From: an uncultured Gemmatimonadales bacterium | Lineage (GTDB): Bacteria; Gemmatimonadota; Gemmatimonadetes; Gemmatimonadales; GWC2-71-9 | Direction: 5' to 3' | Length of the DNA stretch: 64,000 nt | Assembly: GCA_963730185.1 (NCBI GenBank) | Contig: CAVSQW010000009.1 | Coordinates: 32,001 to 96,000 of the forward strand | Shown: positions 30,316 through 39,905 of the stretch, piece after piece | Layout of the letters: the number at the start of each line of letters is the position of its first letter | Numbering within the stretch: position 1 is the stretch's first letter | Program-made: the position numbers and the translations under genes | The notes under the pieces: generated by a model | Told to the model about the DNA's origin: nothing | The model's database searches: none | What the model saw: only the letters and a program-made list of their open reading frames with translations

Positions 30316-31229
30316 CCCGATGGATGTCGATCACCACCGGCGTCGCGCTGGCCCTGATGGGGCTCGCCGCCGGGGGGCGGCCCGCAGTCGCTCAAACCGA
30401 CAGCCGCCTCGCCACCGTGGTGCGCCTGGCCCAAGACGGCCTGGCCGACTCCGCCCGGGCCGAATTGCAGCGGGTCATGGGCGATCTGACTCCCACCGAC
30501 TCGCTCTATCCCCAGGCCCTCTATACCGAGGCTTTGGTGGCCGTGACCGACGGCGAGCGGAGGCTCGCGCTCCGTAAGATCGTCGTCGAGTACTCCCGGT
30601 CGTCCTGGGCGGACGACGCCATCCTCTTGCTCGGTCAGCTGGAGTATGCCAACGGCAACGCCGGCGGTACCGTCACCCAGATCACGAAGCTCCTGAACGA
30701 CTACCCCCTGAGCCCGCTCCGGGCCAGCGCGGCCTTCTGGGGCGCTCGGGCGGCCAGCGACCTGGGCAACGGCCCCCTGGCCTGCAAGTGGGTGGACATC
30801 GGCCTCGGCGCCCCGACCAACGACGTGGAGCTCACGAACCGGCTCGACTACCAGAAGCAGCGGTGCCAAGGCCTCGTGGCGATCGCGGCCGACTCCGCCA
30901 AAAGCGCCCCGACGCCCGTGCCCACGCCGGCTCCACCCCCGGCGCCTGCCCCTGCCCCGGCACCCTCTCCGTCGCCGCCAAGCCGGGCCGGCCCAGCCAA
31001 GGCCGGACCGGGCTACTACGTCCAGATCGTCGCGGCCCCGAGCCGTGACGCGGCCCAGGAACAGGAGAACAAGCTCAAGCGCCTCAATTATCCCAGCGTG
31101 ATCGTCGAGGAGGGTGGCTACTTCAAGGTGCGGGCGGGCCCCTTCACCAACCGGTCCGACGCTCAGAGCGCCCTCGACCGGATCGCTCGGGAGCTCGGCA
31201 TCAAGCCGTTCGTCGTGTCGGTGAAGTAA
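30312..31229 (+). CDS. Secreted TPR-like + SPOR domain protein
   Basis: Signal peptide, helical repeats, Pro-rich linker, SPOR domain (YYVQIVA...YFKVRAGPF). Confidence 0.85.
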   Translation: MTRWMSITTGVALALMGLAAGGRPAVAQTDSRLATVVRLAQDGLADSARAELQRVMGDLTPTDSLYPQALYTEALVAVTDGERRLALRKIVVEYSRSSWADDAILLLGQLEYANGNAGGTVTQITKLLNDYPLSPLRASAAFWGARAASDLGNGPLACKWVDIGLGAPTNDVELTNRLDYQKQRCQGLVAIAADSAKSAPTPVPTPAPPPAPAPAPAPSPSPPSRAGPAKAGPGYYVQIVAAPSRDAAQEQENKLKRLNYPSVIVEEGGYFKVRAGPFTNRSDAQSALDRIARELGIKPFVVSVK

Positions 31230-31230
31230 T

Positions 31231-32472
31231 TCACTCCATCCCGACCACCGTCTCCAGGTGGTCGCGGACCGACTCGTCCGGGGCCGCCGTCGGTGAGACA
31301 GGCGGCCCCTCTTCCTTGAGCAGCAGCCCGGGCAGCAGGGTGTTGCCGAGGGTATAGACGATGAGCCCGCCGAAGAGGTGGGGTGTCAGCCCGAATTGGT
31401 CGCGGAGGATCTCGGCGATCACCAACCCGAACACCAGCGTCGGCACCATCGCCAGGCCGATCCGGACCCCCGGCGTCCACGCCTCCCGGAGCGCCAGGCG
31501 CCGATGGGCCGCCACCAGACCGATCCGGAGCGGGGTGACCAGGGCCAGGAACCCGAAGCCGATCTCGAGCGCCTCGAGCGAGAAGTCGTCTCGGCTCAGG
31601 TGGAGGCCGGCGTTGAAGAAGTAGAACGGCACGAACACCGACGCGAAGACTTCCATGGCGTGGAGCATCTGCTCCGACGCCATCGCCGGGAGCCGCTTCC
31701 GAAAGCTCTGGGCCACCAGTCCCACGACGAAGGCGCCCACCAGGTAGTACACCCCGAGCCGCCGGGTCACCATCGCGGCAAGGGTCGCCAGCATCAGCAG
31801 GAAGGCGAACTCCGACTTGGGGGCGTAGGGCACCACGACCCGCGCGAACCACCGGAAGATCACCGGCAAGAGCGCCACCATCAGCAACAGCACGCCCGTG
31901 GACACGCCCAGCCGGGTCGTACTCTCCGACTGCAGGGTGAAGAAGAGCGCCCCGAACGCGACCAGCTCGGTCGCGATCGCCTTCGACTTGACCCAGAACC
32001 GCTCCCGCTCGTTGAGGCCGAACCGGTGCAGGGAGTCGAGGATGAACCCGGTCGACGGGGTCAGGAGCGCGAGCGAGACGAGGAGCGAGGGCCGGAGGTC
32101 GAGCTCGAACAGGTGTTGCACTAGGTAGGCGCCGACGAAGAGAGCGGCGACGCCCACCGCCAAGTGTTGGATCAAAACCCGCGCCTCGCGGCGGAGCACC
32201 GCGAAGTCGACCTCGAGTCCGGCAAAGAGAAAGAGGGAAACGATCCCGAGCGTCGCCAGGAGGCCGATGGTCGAGTCGCCGTGATAGAGGTGGAAGGCCA
32301 GCCCGAACAGCGCCCCCAGCCCGACGCTGGTGATCGCCTGCGGCAACCGATACCGTTGAAGAAACCGGGGCAGCACGAAGAGGACGAACAGCAACAGCAC
32401 GTAGCCGAGCTCCGAACGGAGGGCATCGGCGATCGCGGTGGTCCCGCTCAGGAGCTGGCTGATGGCATCCAT
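31231..32472 (-). CDS. Cation:proton antiporter (CPA2/Kef-type membrane domain)
   Basis: LFLFAGLEVD, LVGAFVVGL, FVPFYFFNAGL; multi-TM protein. Confidence 0.8.
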   Translation of the reverse strand: MDAISQLLSGTTAIADALRSELGYVLLLFVLFVLPRFLQRYRLPQAITSVGLGALFGLAFHLYHGDSTIGLLATLGIVSLFLFAGLEVDFAVLRREARVLIQHLAVGVAALFVGAYLVQHLFELDLRPSLLVSLALLTPSTGFILDSLHRFGLNERERFWVKSKAIATELVAFGALFFTLQSESTTRLGVSTGVLLLMVALLPVIFRWFARVVVPYAPKSEFAFLLMLATLAAMVTRRLGVYYLVGAFVVGLVAQSFRKRLPAMASEQMLHAMEVFASVFVPFYFFNAGLHLSRDDFSLEALEIGFGFLALVTPLRIGLVAAHRRLALREAWTPGVRIGLAMVPTLVFGLVIAEILRDQFGLTPHLFGGLIVYTLGNTLLPGLLLKEEGPPVSPTAAPDESVRDHLETVVGME

Positions 32473-32574
32473 GGGCTCGATCTCGGGCGGAAGCTACCGC
32501 CGGGCCCCGGCCCGAGGCCAGCCACGCCGACTCCCGTTTGGGACTACATTTCCGGTCCAAACACCCGAGAGCCA

Positions 32575-35145
32575 GTGACGCTTTCCGTATCCGACGACAC
32601 CCCTCTGCTCAGGCAGTATCGGGACATCAAGTCGCGCCACCGCGACAAGATCCTCTTTTTCCGGATGGGGGACTTCTACGAGATGTTCTACGACGACGCC
32701 GAGGTGGCGTCGCGCGTCCTGAACATCACCCTCACCGCCCGGGGTGACGGGGTGCCCTTGGCGGGCGTGCCGGTCAAGGCGGCCCAAGAGTACCTCCGTC
32801 AGTTCGTCGCCCAGGGCTACCGGGTGGCCATCTGCGAACAGGTGGAGGACCCCAAGAAGGCCAAGGGAATCGTCAAGCGCGAGGTGATCGAGACCATCAC
32901 GCCTGGGGCGCTCCTGGAGGAAGACTGGGTTCCGGGCGGTCGCAACAACTTCATCGTGGCGGTGAGCCCCGCGGCCCGGGGGACGGCCGGACTGGCGGCG
33001 ATCGACCTTACCACGGGCGAGTTCCTGCTCGAGTGCGTCCCGGGCGAGCGGGTGGCCGAGGCGCTAGGTCGCCTGGCGCCGGCCGAGGTCGTGTCGGTCG
33101 GCGGGGCCGCGACACCGGCTGAGCCCGAAGCCATGCGGACGGCCCGGGAAGCCTGGGAGTTCGACGCCGAGCTGGCCGCCGACGAGCTGACCCGGCGCTT
33201 CGGCCTGGCCTCCCTGGACGGGCTCGGCCTCGGAGCAAACGACGCCCCCGCCGTCGGCGCGGCGGGCGCCCTGCTCCGCTACCTGTCCGAGCTCAAGCCC
33301 GGCGGGCTGCCCCACCTCCTCCGACCGACCGTCCGCCGGCCCGATCACTACCTCTGGCTCGACGAGATGACCCGCCGGAACCTGGAGCTGGTGGAGCCGC
33401 TCCGCGCCGGGGCCCGCGGGGTCACCCTGCTCGAGGTGCTCGACCGGACCCTCACCCCGATGGGGGCGCGCCTGCTTCGGGCCTGGCTGCTCTCTCCCCT
33501 CCGCGACGTGGCTGCGATCGACCGACGGCTCGACGCCGTCGCAACCGCCGTGGAGCGAACCGAGCCCCGCGCCGCGGTGCGCGAGGCCCTGGACGGGGTC
33601 CGCGACCTGGAGCGCCTGGCCGGACGGGCGGCGGCGGGTCGGGCCAACCCCCGCGAGCTGGCGGCCCTGCGCGACTCGTTCCACCGGCTTCCGGGCGTGC
33701 TGGCCGGCCTGGACCAGCTGGGCCCGGACGCCGCCGCGCTGGCCGAGGCGAGGGTCGAGCTCGATCCGCTCGAGGACCTGGCGGCGGAGCTGAGCCGGGC
33801 CCTCGAGGACCGCCCCCCGGTCAATCTCGTCGACGGCGGAGTGATCAAACCAGGTTATGACAACGACCTCGACGAGGCCCGCTCGCTCCGGGACGGCGGC
33901 CGACGGTTCATCGCCTCGCTCCAGGAGCGGGAGCGGGAACGGACCGGCATCGGCTCGCTCAAGGTCGGGTACAACAGGGTCTTCGGATACTACCTCGAGG
34001 TCACCAAGACCCACGCCGGCCGGGTGCCGCCCGACTACGAGCGTCGCCAGACCCTCACCTCCGCCGAGCGGTACGTCACCCCCGAGCTCAAGGACTACGA
34101 GGCCAGGGTGCTCGGCGCCGAAGAGCGGATGACGAGTCGCGAGGCCGAGCTGTTCGCTGCCCTCCGAAGCCGGGTCGGCGCCGCCATCGGCCGGATCCAG
34201 CACACCGCCCGGGTGCTGGCCCAGCTCGACGTCTGGTGCGGCCTGGCCGAGGCCGCGGTGCAGAACCGCTACGTGCGCCCGGTGATCACCGCCGACTACC
34301 AGCTCCGGCTGACCGCCAGCCGGCACCCCGTGATCGAACGGATGATGCCGCGCGAGTCGTTCATCCCGAACGACGTTCAGTTCGATCAAGCCAGCCGGGT
34401 CCAGCTGGTCACCGGACCCAACATGGCCGGCAAGTCCACCATCCTCCGGCAGATCGGCGTCGTGGTCATCATGGCCCAGATGGGCTCATTCGTCCCGGCG
34501 GAGGCCGCGACCATCGGGGTCACCGACCGCTTGTTCACCCGAGTCGGCGCCAGCGACAACCTGGCCCGGGGCCAGTCGACCTTCATGGTCGAGATGAGCG
34601 AGACCAGCGCCATCCTCCACAACGCTACCGCTCAGAGCCTCGTGCTGCTCGACGAGATCGGCCGGGGAACCTCGACCTATGACGGCGTGGCGATTGCCTG
34701 GGCGGTCACCGAGCACTTGCACGACCAGATCGGCTGCAAGACCATGTTCGCCACCCATTACCACGAGCTGATGCAGCTCCCGGAGCGGCTGGCCCACGCC
34801 CGAAACCTCAACGTGGCGGTCCGCGAGACCGGCGACACCGTGGTCTTCCTGCACCGGCTCGAGCCCGGTGGCACCGATCGGTCCTACGGCATCCACGTGG
34901 GCCAGCTGGCCGGGTTGCCCGCCGAGGTCGTCCGCCGGGCCGAAGCCGTGCTCCTCACGCTCGAAGGCGAGCACCGGGTCGTCCCCGGCGAGGTGCCCGA
35001 GCCCGATACCCGGCAGCTCGCCCTCTTCGCCGAAGCCGACCCGGTGCGGGACGAGCTCTCCACCCTCGACCTGAACGCGCTGACGCCCCTCGAGGCGTTG
35101 AACCGGCTGGCCGACCTCCAGCGGAAAGCCCGGGAACCCAAGTGA
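32575..35145 (+). CDS. mutS: DNA mismatch repair protein MutS
   Basis: TPLLRQY, FRMGDFYEMF, TGPNMAGKST, STFMVEM, DEIGRGTST, SYGIHV. C-terminal clamp motif QLALF at 35014-35028. Confidence 0.97.
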   Translation: MTLSVSDDTPLLRQYRDIKSRHRDKILFFRMGDFYEMFYDDAEVASRVLNITLTARGDGVPLAGVPVKAAQEYLRQFVAQGYRVAICEQVEDPKKAKGIVKREVIETITPGALLEEDWVPGGRNNFIVAVSPAARGTAGLAAIDLTTGEFLLECVPGERVAEALGRLAPAEVVSVGGAATPAEPEAMRTAREAWEFDAELAADELTRRFGLASLDGLGLGANDAPAVGAAGALLRYLSELKPGGLPHLLRPTVRRPDHYLWLDEMTRRNLELVEPLRAGARGVTLLEVLDRTLTPMGARLLRAWLLSPLRDVAAIDRRLDAVATAVERTEPRAAVREALDGVRDLERLAGRAAAGRANPRELAALRDSFHRLPGVLAGLDQLGPDAAALAEARVELDPLEDLAAELSRALEDRPPVNLVDGGVIKPGYDNDLDEARSLRDGGRRFIASLQERERERTGIGSLKVGYNRVFGYYLEVTKTHAGRVPPDYERRQTLTSAERYVTPELKDYEARVLGAEERMTSREAELFAALRSRVGAAIGRIQHTARVLAQLDVWCGLAEAAVQNRYVRPVITADYQLRLTASRHPVIERMMPRESFIPNDVQFDQASRVQLVTGPNMAGKSTILRQIGVVVIMAQMGSFVPAEAATIGVTDRLFTRVGASDNLARGQSTFMVEMSETSAILHNATAQSLVLLDEIGRGTSTYDGVAIAWAVTEHLHDQIGCKTMFATHYHELMQLPERLAHARNLNVAVRETGDTVVFLHRLEPGGTDRSYGIHVGQLAGLPAEVVRRAEAVLLTLEGEHRVVPGEVPEPDTRQLALFAEADPVRDELSTLDLNALTPLEALNRLADLQRKAREPK

Positions 35146-35558
35146 GTCGGGCCCGGCGCATCCTCTTGACCGCGGCCCTGATTCTCGGGGCCTGTCGGGC
35201 CAAGCCCGACTCCACCATGACCCTGCCGGTCGACCAGCCGGCGGCGACCCCGGCCCGGGGGGACGAGCCGCCCGTCCCGCTCAATGCCCATACTCCGGCC
35301 GACTACCCGCCGGCCCTGCTCAGCCAGCGGATCGGCGGCACCGTGCTGCTCCGGCTGTTCTTGAGCGACTCGGGGACCGTCGTCCCGGAGTCCACCCGGG
35401 TGCAGGAGTCCAGCGGCTATCCCGCCCTCGATTCGGCCGCGCTCGCGGCCGTGCCCCGACTGCGGTATGCTCCGGCACTGCGCGACGGTCGGCCCGTCGC
35501 CAGCGGTTTTCTCCAACCCTTCAACTTCCGCGCGCCGGGCGCGGGGCCGGCCCCATGA
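35142..35558 (+). CDS. Small TonB C-terminal domain lipoprotein
   Basis: Lipobox LGAC, YPP...GTVLL, SSGYPALDSAAL, YAPALRDGRPV. Confidence 0.8.
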   Translation: MSRARRILLTAALILGACRAKPDSTMTLPVDQPAATPARGDEPPVPLNAHTPADYPPALLSQRIGGTVLLRLFLSDSGTVVPESTRVQESSGYPALDSAALAAVPRLRYAPALRDGRPVASGFLQPFNFRAPGAGPAP

Positions 35559-36946
35559 AACCACAACACCTCGAGCCCTACGAGTCCGTCCTCGACACGA
35601 TCGGGTGGACCCCGCTGATTCGGCTGGCCCGGATCGGTGCCGGGGTCCGGACCCCCATCTACGGCAAGGCCGAGTACGTGAACCCCGGGGCGTCGGTCAA
35701 GGACCGGATCGGTCTGGCCATCATCGAAGCCGCCGAGGCCACCGGCGAGCTCCTTCCCGGGGGCACCATCGTCGAGGGCACCTCCGGCAACACCGGCGTC
35801 GGCCTCGCGATCGCAGCGGCCCTCAAGGGCTATCACTGCATTTTCACCATGCCCGACAAGATGTCGCAGGAGAAGGTCCGGCTCCTCAAGGCGTTCGGGG
35901 CCGAGGTGGTGACCACCCCGACGGCGGTGCCGCCCGACCACCCCGACAACTACGTCATGAAGGCCAAGCAGATCGTCAAGGACACCCCCGGCGCGATCCT
36001 GGCCAATCAGTTCTACAACCAGGTCAATCCGGACTCGCACTACCGGACTACCGGACCCGAGATCTGGGAGCAGACCAAAGGCAAAGTGACCCATTTCGTC
36101 GCCGGCGCCGGCACCGGGGGCACCGTGAGCGGAGCCGGCAAGTTCTTGAAGGAGAAGAACCCCGCCGTCCGGGTCGTCGGCGGCGATCCGGTGGGCTCCA
36201 TCTACTCGGCCTACGGCCAGACCGGGTCAACGTCGGTGGAGGGCTCGCCGTACAAGGTCGAGGGTATCGGCGGCGACAAGATCCCCACGACCATCTGGTG
36301 GGACGTGATCGACGAGTGGCGGCAGCTTTCCGATCGCGACGCCTTGGGAATGGCGCGGCGCCTGGCGCGCGAGGAAGGCCTCCTGGTCGGTGGCAGCGCA
36401 GGCCTCAACGTAGGTCTGGCCCTGGACTTGGCCCGCGAGATCGACGACCCCGACGCCTGCGTCGTCACCATCCTCTGCGACACCGGCGAGCGCTATCTGT
36501 CCAAGATCTTCAACGACGACTGGATGCACGAAAATCAGCTCCTCGACGTCCCCCGGCTCTCTATCGCCGATCTCCTGACGCGGCGGCAGAAGAAGGCGCC
36601 CGCCCTGGTCAGCGTGTCCCCCACCTCGGCCGTCCGGCAGGCGCTCAACCTGATGAGCAGCTGGGACGTGAGCCAGCTCCCAGTGATCGAGAACGACGAG
36701 GCGGTTGGGAGCCTGCTCGAAGGCACCCTCATGACCCGGGCCCTGGCCCAGCCGGCGCTGCTCGACCGGCCGGTTCGCGAGGTGATGGACGCTCCGTTTC
36801 CCACGGTCGACGGCAACTTCCCGGTCGACCGGCTCGGCCCCATGCTCACCAAGGAAAATCCCGCCGTCCTGGTCCAACAGGGCGGCCGGCTGGTGGGCCT
36901 GGTGAGCCGCTACGACGTGCTCCAGCAGCTGATCGGCACCCGCTGA
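35555..36946 (+). CDS. Cystathionine beta-synthase-type PLP enzyme with C-terminal CBS domains
   Basis: NPGASVKDR (PLP Lys), TSGNTG, PDKMSQEK, GTGGT, YKVEGIG, then a CBS pair. Confidence 0.9.
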   Translation: MKPQHLEPYESVLDTIGWTPLIRLARIGAGVRTPIYGKAEYVNPGASVKDRIGLAIIEAAEATGELLPGGTIVEGTSGNTGVGLAIAAALKGYHCIFTMPDKMSQEKVRLLKAFGAEVVTTPTAVPPDHPDNYVMKAKQIVKDTPGAILANQFYNQVNPDSHYRTTGPEIWEQTKGKVTHFVAGAGTGGTVSGAGKFLKEKNPAVRVVGGDPVGSIYSAYGQTGSTSVEGSPYKVEGIGGDKIPTTIWWDVIDEWRQLSDRDALGMARRLAREEGLLVGGSAGLNVGLALDLAREIDDPDACVVTILCDTGERYLSKIFNDDWMHENQLLDVPRLSIADLLTRRQKKAPALVSVSPTSAVRQALNLMSSWDVSQLPVIENDEAVGSLLEGTLMTRALAQPALLDRPVREVMDAPFPTVDGNFPVDRLGPMLTKENPAVLVQQGGRLVGLVSRYDVLQQLIGTR

Positions 36947-36948
36947 CC

Positions 36949-37965
36949 GTGCGGATCACCGTTCTCACCGGCGGCACCTCGTCCGAGCGCGACGTCGCCA
37001 TCGCCTCGGCAATCCAAGTCGTCGCGGCGCTTCGGTCCCGGGGCCACGAGGTGGCGGTGGTCGACACCGCCCGGGGATTCGTGCCTGCGGCCGAGGAACC
37101 CCGCTGGCTGGGCGGCGGCGGGGTCGGAAACGAGCCCCCGTCGATCGAGCACCTGATCGAGCTCGAGCGAGGCGTCCTGCTCTCCAGCTTGGCCACCCTG
37201 CCGGTGATCCGGCACGCCGACGTGGTCTTTCTAGCCCTCCACGGTGGCCGGGGAGAGGACGGCACCCTGCAGTCCGTGTTGGATGTCCTCGACGTTCCCT
37301 ATACCGGCAGCGGCGCCCTGGCGAGCGGCATCGCCATGGACAAGGACATCTCCAAACACCTGTTCCAGGCCGCCGGGGTGCCTACCGCCTCCTGGATCAT
37401 GGCGCCCACCACCGCGGCCGACGTCGGGGCGCGCCTGGGCTGGCCAGTCGTCGTGAAACCCAGCAAGCAGGGGTCCACCGTAGGGTTACGGGTGGTCGGC
37501 GGGGCGGAAGAACTGGCCGGAGCGATCGCCTTCGCGGCCGAATATGACGACGAGGTCATGATCGAGGCCTACGTGGCGGGACGCGAGCTTACCGTCGGAA
37601 TCCTGGACGGCCAGGCGCTGGCCGTGGGCGAAATCGTGCCCCGGCACGAGATTTTCGACTACGAGTGCAAGTACACGCCGGGGATGGCGATCGAGACCTT
37701 TCCGGCCGACCTGCCCGACGAGGTGGCGGATCGGTGTCGCAAATTGGGTCTGTCGGCTCACCGGGCCCTCAAGCTGCACGGCTACAGCCGGGTCGACTTT
37801 CGCTTGACAGCCTCGGGCGAACTGTTCTGTTTAGAAGTGAACACCCTGCCGGGCATGACGGCTACCAGCTTGATGCCCCAGTCCGCCCGCGCAGCAGGCA
37901 TTGAGTTCCCGGAGTTGTGCGAGCGGATTTGCCGGGCCGCCCGGAGGGGAGTACGGAGCAGCTGA
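36949..37965 (+). CDS. ddl: D-alanine--D-alanine ligase
   Basis: GGTSSERDV, LHGGRGEDG, MDKDISK, GSTVG, FDYECKY, EVNTLPGMT. GTG at 36949. Confidence 0.95.
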   Translation: MRITVLTGGTSSERDVAIASAIQVVAALRSRGHEVAVVDTARGFVPAAEEPRWLGGGGVGNEPPSIEHLIELERGVLLSSLATLPVIRHADVVFLALHGGRGEDGTLQSVLDVLDVPYTGSGALASGIAMDKDISKHLFQAAGVPTASWIMAPTTAADVGARLGWPVVVKPSKQGSTVGLRVVGGAEELAGAIAFAAEYDDEVMIEAYVAGRELTVGILDGQALAVGEIVPRHEIFDYECKYTPGMAIETFPADLPDEVADRCRKLGLSAHRALKLHGYSRVDFRLTASGELFCLEVNTLPGMTATSLMPQSARAAGIEFPELCERICRAARRGVRSS

Positions 37966-37966
37966 T

Positions 37967-38818
37967 ATGGAAGGTCCCGGAACCTCCCGCTTGACGCCGT
38001 GGGTCGGCCGCTTGATGATCGTCAACGCGGTTGTCCTGCTGCTGTTGAGCACCGTCTTCACCGCTCCCCGGTTCGTCACCGCCCTGGCGTTCGATCCGGC
38101 GAACTTCCTGAGCCGCCCCTGGACGGCGCTCACCTACATGTTCGTCCACGGTGGGCTCCTCCACCTGGGCTTCAACACCTTGATGCTGTTCGTCTTCGGC
38201 CCGCCCGTCGAGCGCCGGCTGGGCGGCCGGGCGTTCATCACCTTCTACCTCTATGCCGGCGTCGGAGCCGCCCTCTTCTCGCTCGGCATGTCCGGTGTGC
38301 TTCCCGTCAATCCCTTCGTCGGGTCCTCGGGTGCCCTGTTCGGCGTCATGGCCGCCTTCGTGCTTCACTGGCCCGAGGCCGAGCTGGCGATGTTCCCGTT
38401 CCCGTTGCCGATGAGCGCCCGATCTCTGTTCTTCGGACTGATCGTGTTCGACGCCTTGATCGGCGTCATGGCAGCCACTCTCGGCACCGCGAGCGGGATC
38501 GCCCACTTCGCCCACGTCGGCGGCGCGGCGGCCGGCTATCTCTTCTTCCGGATCCAGGCGTTCACCACGCCAAAGCCCCCGCCCCGACCGATCAACGTGG
38601 CCCGGCGCCCCGTCGTCACCCCGATGCGCATGCACGAGGCCGTGACCGAGGTCCGGCCCGCCGTGGCGCCGATCGAGCATCACGGTCCCGACTTCAGCGA
38701 AGAGGCCGTCGATCGCCTGCTCGAAAAGATCAGCCGCTCCGGAATCGACAGTCTCACCTCCCAGGAACGGCAGTTCTTGTCCGACGCTTCCGAACGGAAA
38801 CGCAAGGGACAACCCTAG
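37967..38818 (+). CDS. Rhomboid intramembrane serine protease with C-terminal DUF6576-like tail
   Basis: HLGFNTL, GSSG (catalytic Ser), AHVGG (catalytic His), VDRLLEKISRSGIDSLT. Confidence 0.92.
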   Translation: MEGPGTSRLTPWVGRLMIVNAVVLLLLSTVFTAPRFVTALAFDPANFLSRPWTALTYMFVHGGLLHLGFNTLMLFVFGPPVERRLGGRAFITFYLYAGVGAALFSLGMSGVLPVNPFVGSSGALFGVMAAFVLHWPEAELAMFPFPLPMSARSLFFGLIVFDALIGVMAATLGTASGIAHFAHVGGAAAGYLFFRIQAFTTPKPPPRPINVARRPVVTPMRMHEAVTEVRPAVAPIEHHGPDFSEEAVDRLLEKISRSGIDSLTSQERQFLSDASERKRKGQP

Positions 38819-38859
38819 CGCATCTTGATTTTGTCCACGGGATTCCGGTATTGTGTCCC

Positions 38860-39804
38860 GTGCTCATCAACTTGCTTCCCGAATTCATCGATATCCTGGG
38901 GTCGTCGAACCGGGAAGCAGCCTACCAACGCTATTTCGAAGCGCATCGCGCAGTCTTGTCGGCGTATTGGAACAATTACGTCCTCGACCCCGAAAGCCCG
39001 CACGCCGCCGAGGTCATTGCCACCACACTCCGGGCCGATCGCAGCGACCTCAGATCGCTGCTCCAGGCCACGCCGGTGACCGAGATCGCCGACTCGGCGA
39101 TCACCCGCGCGACCGAGCTGCTCAAGATCGACCGGCCAACCGACGTCTACCTGATGGTCGGCGTGGGTGCCGCCAACGCCGGCGAGCTGGTGGTCAACGG
39201 CCGAGGAGTCGCGTTCATCTGCGTCGAGCACTTCACCGGCCGGGTCAACGCGTCGACCTACGGCCTCGGACTGGCCCCCGACCTGATCCCGCTCTGGATC
39301 GGCCACGAGCTCGCCCACGCCGTGCGGTACACCTCGCCGGACAGCCAGAGCGACCTCCGGCGGCTGATCGAGGAGAACGGAGGCCAGTACGACTACTGGA
39401 TGACCGGCAGCCGGGCCCCGCTCCGCGAGCTGCTGGTCAACGAAGGCCTGGCGGTCCATGCCGCGGAACAAGTCGCCCCCGGCTTCGACCAGTCCGATTA
39501 CTTCGGGTATCCCAAGCGGCAGTTCCAGCGAATGCGTGAGTTGGAGGCCTTCCTCCGACGGGCGGCGCACCACGACCTCGACCGGTCCGGAATCGGCCTC
39601 CGGCTCCGGTTCCTCTCCGGCGGCATGAGCCCCTCGTCCCGCCTCGCCCTCGGCCGCGTCCTTCCGGAGCGCTCCGGGTACTACCTCGGCTACCGCATGG
39701 CCGAAGCCCTGGTTCGAGACCACGGCATCGCGGCCGCCCTCCGGGCCGGGGCCAAGGACTTCGACTCGGCCGACGAGACGCTCAGCGACATCCGCTCCGC
39801 ATGA
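38860..39804 (+). CDS. Putative cytoplasmic Zn-dependent peptidase (DUF2268-like)
   Basis: HELAH, NEGLA, SGYYLG. GTG 38860 follows TTGATT-18 bp-TATTGT. Confidence 0.72.
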   Translation: MLINLLPEFIDILGSSNREAAYQRYFEAHRAVLSAYWNNYVLDPESPHAAEVIATTLRADRSDLRSLLQATPVTEIADSAITRATELLKIDRPTDVYLMVGVGAANAGELVVNGRGVAFICVEHFTGRVNASTYGLGLAPDLIPLWIGHELAHAVRYTSPDSQSDLRRLIEENGGQYDYWMTGSRAPLRELLVNEGLAVHAAEQVAPGFDQSDYFGYPKRQFQRMRELEAFLRRAAHHDLDRSGIGLRLRFLSGGMSPSSRLALGRVLPERSGYYLGYRMAEALVRDHGIAAALRAGAKDFDSADETLSDIRSA

Positions 39805-39905
39805 CCGACGAGGCTGCAGCCGAGACGAGGCCGTTTTGCGACGGCGCCCACAAAGCCTGCCTCCCCACCGATCCGAGCCAAGCGGTCATGTAGTAGTACC
39901 GGTAG

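Noticed and set aside
36949..37965. ddl as a vancomycin-resistance (D-Ala-D-Lac) ligase
   Set aside because: The omega-loop reads FDYECKY (Tyr type) and no van genes are nearby.
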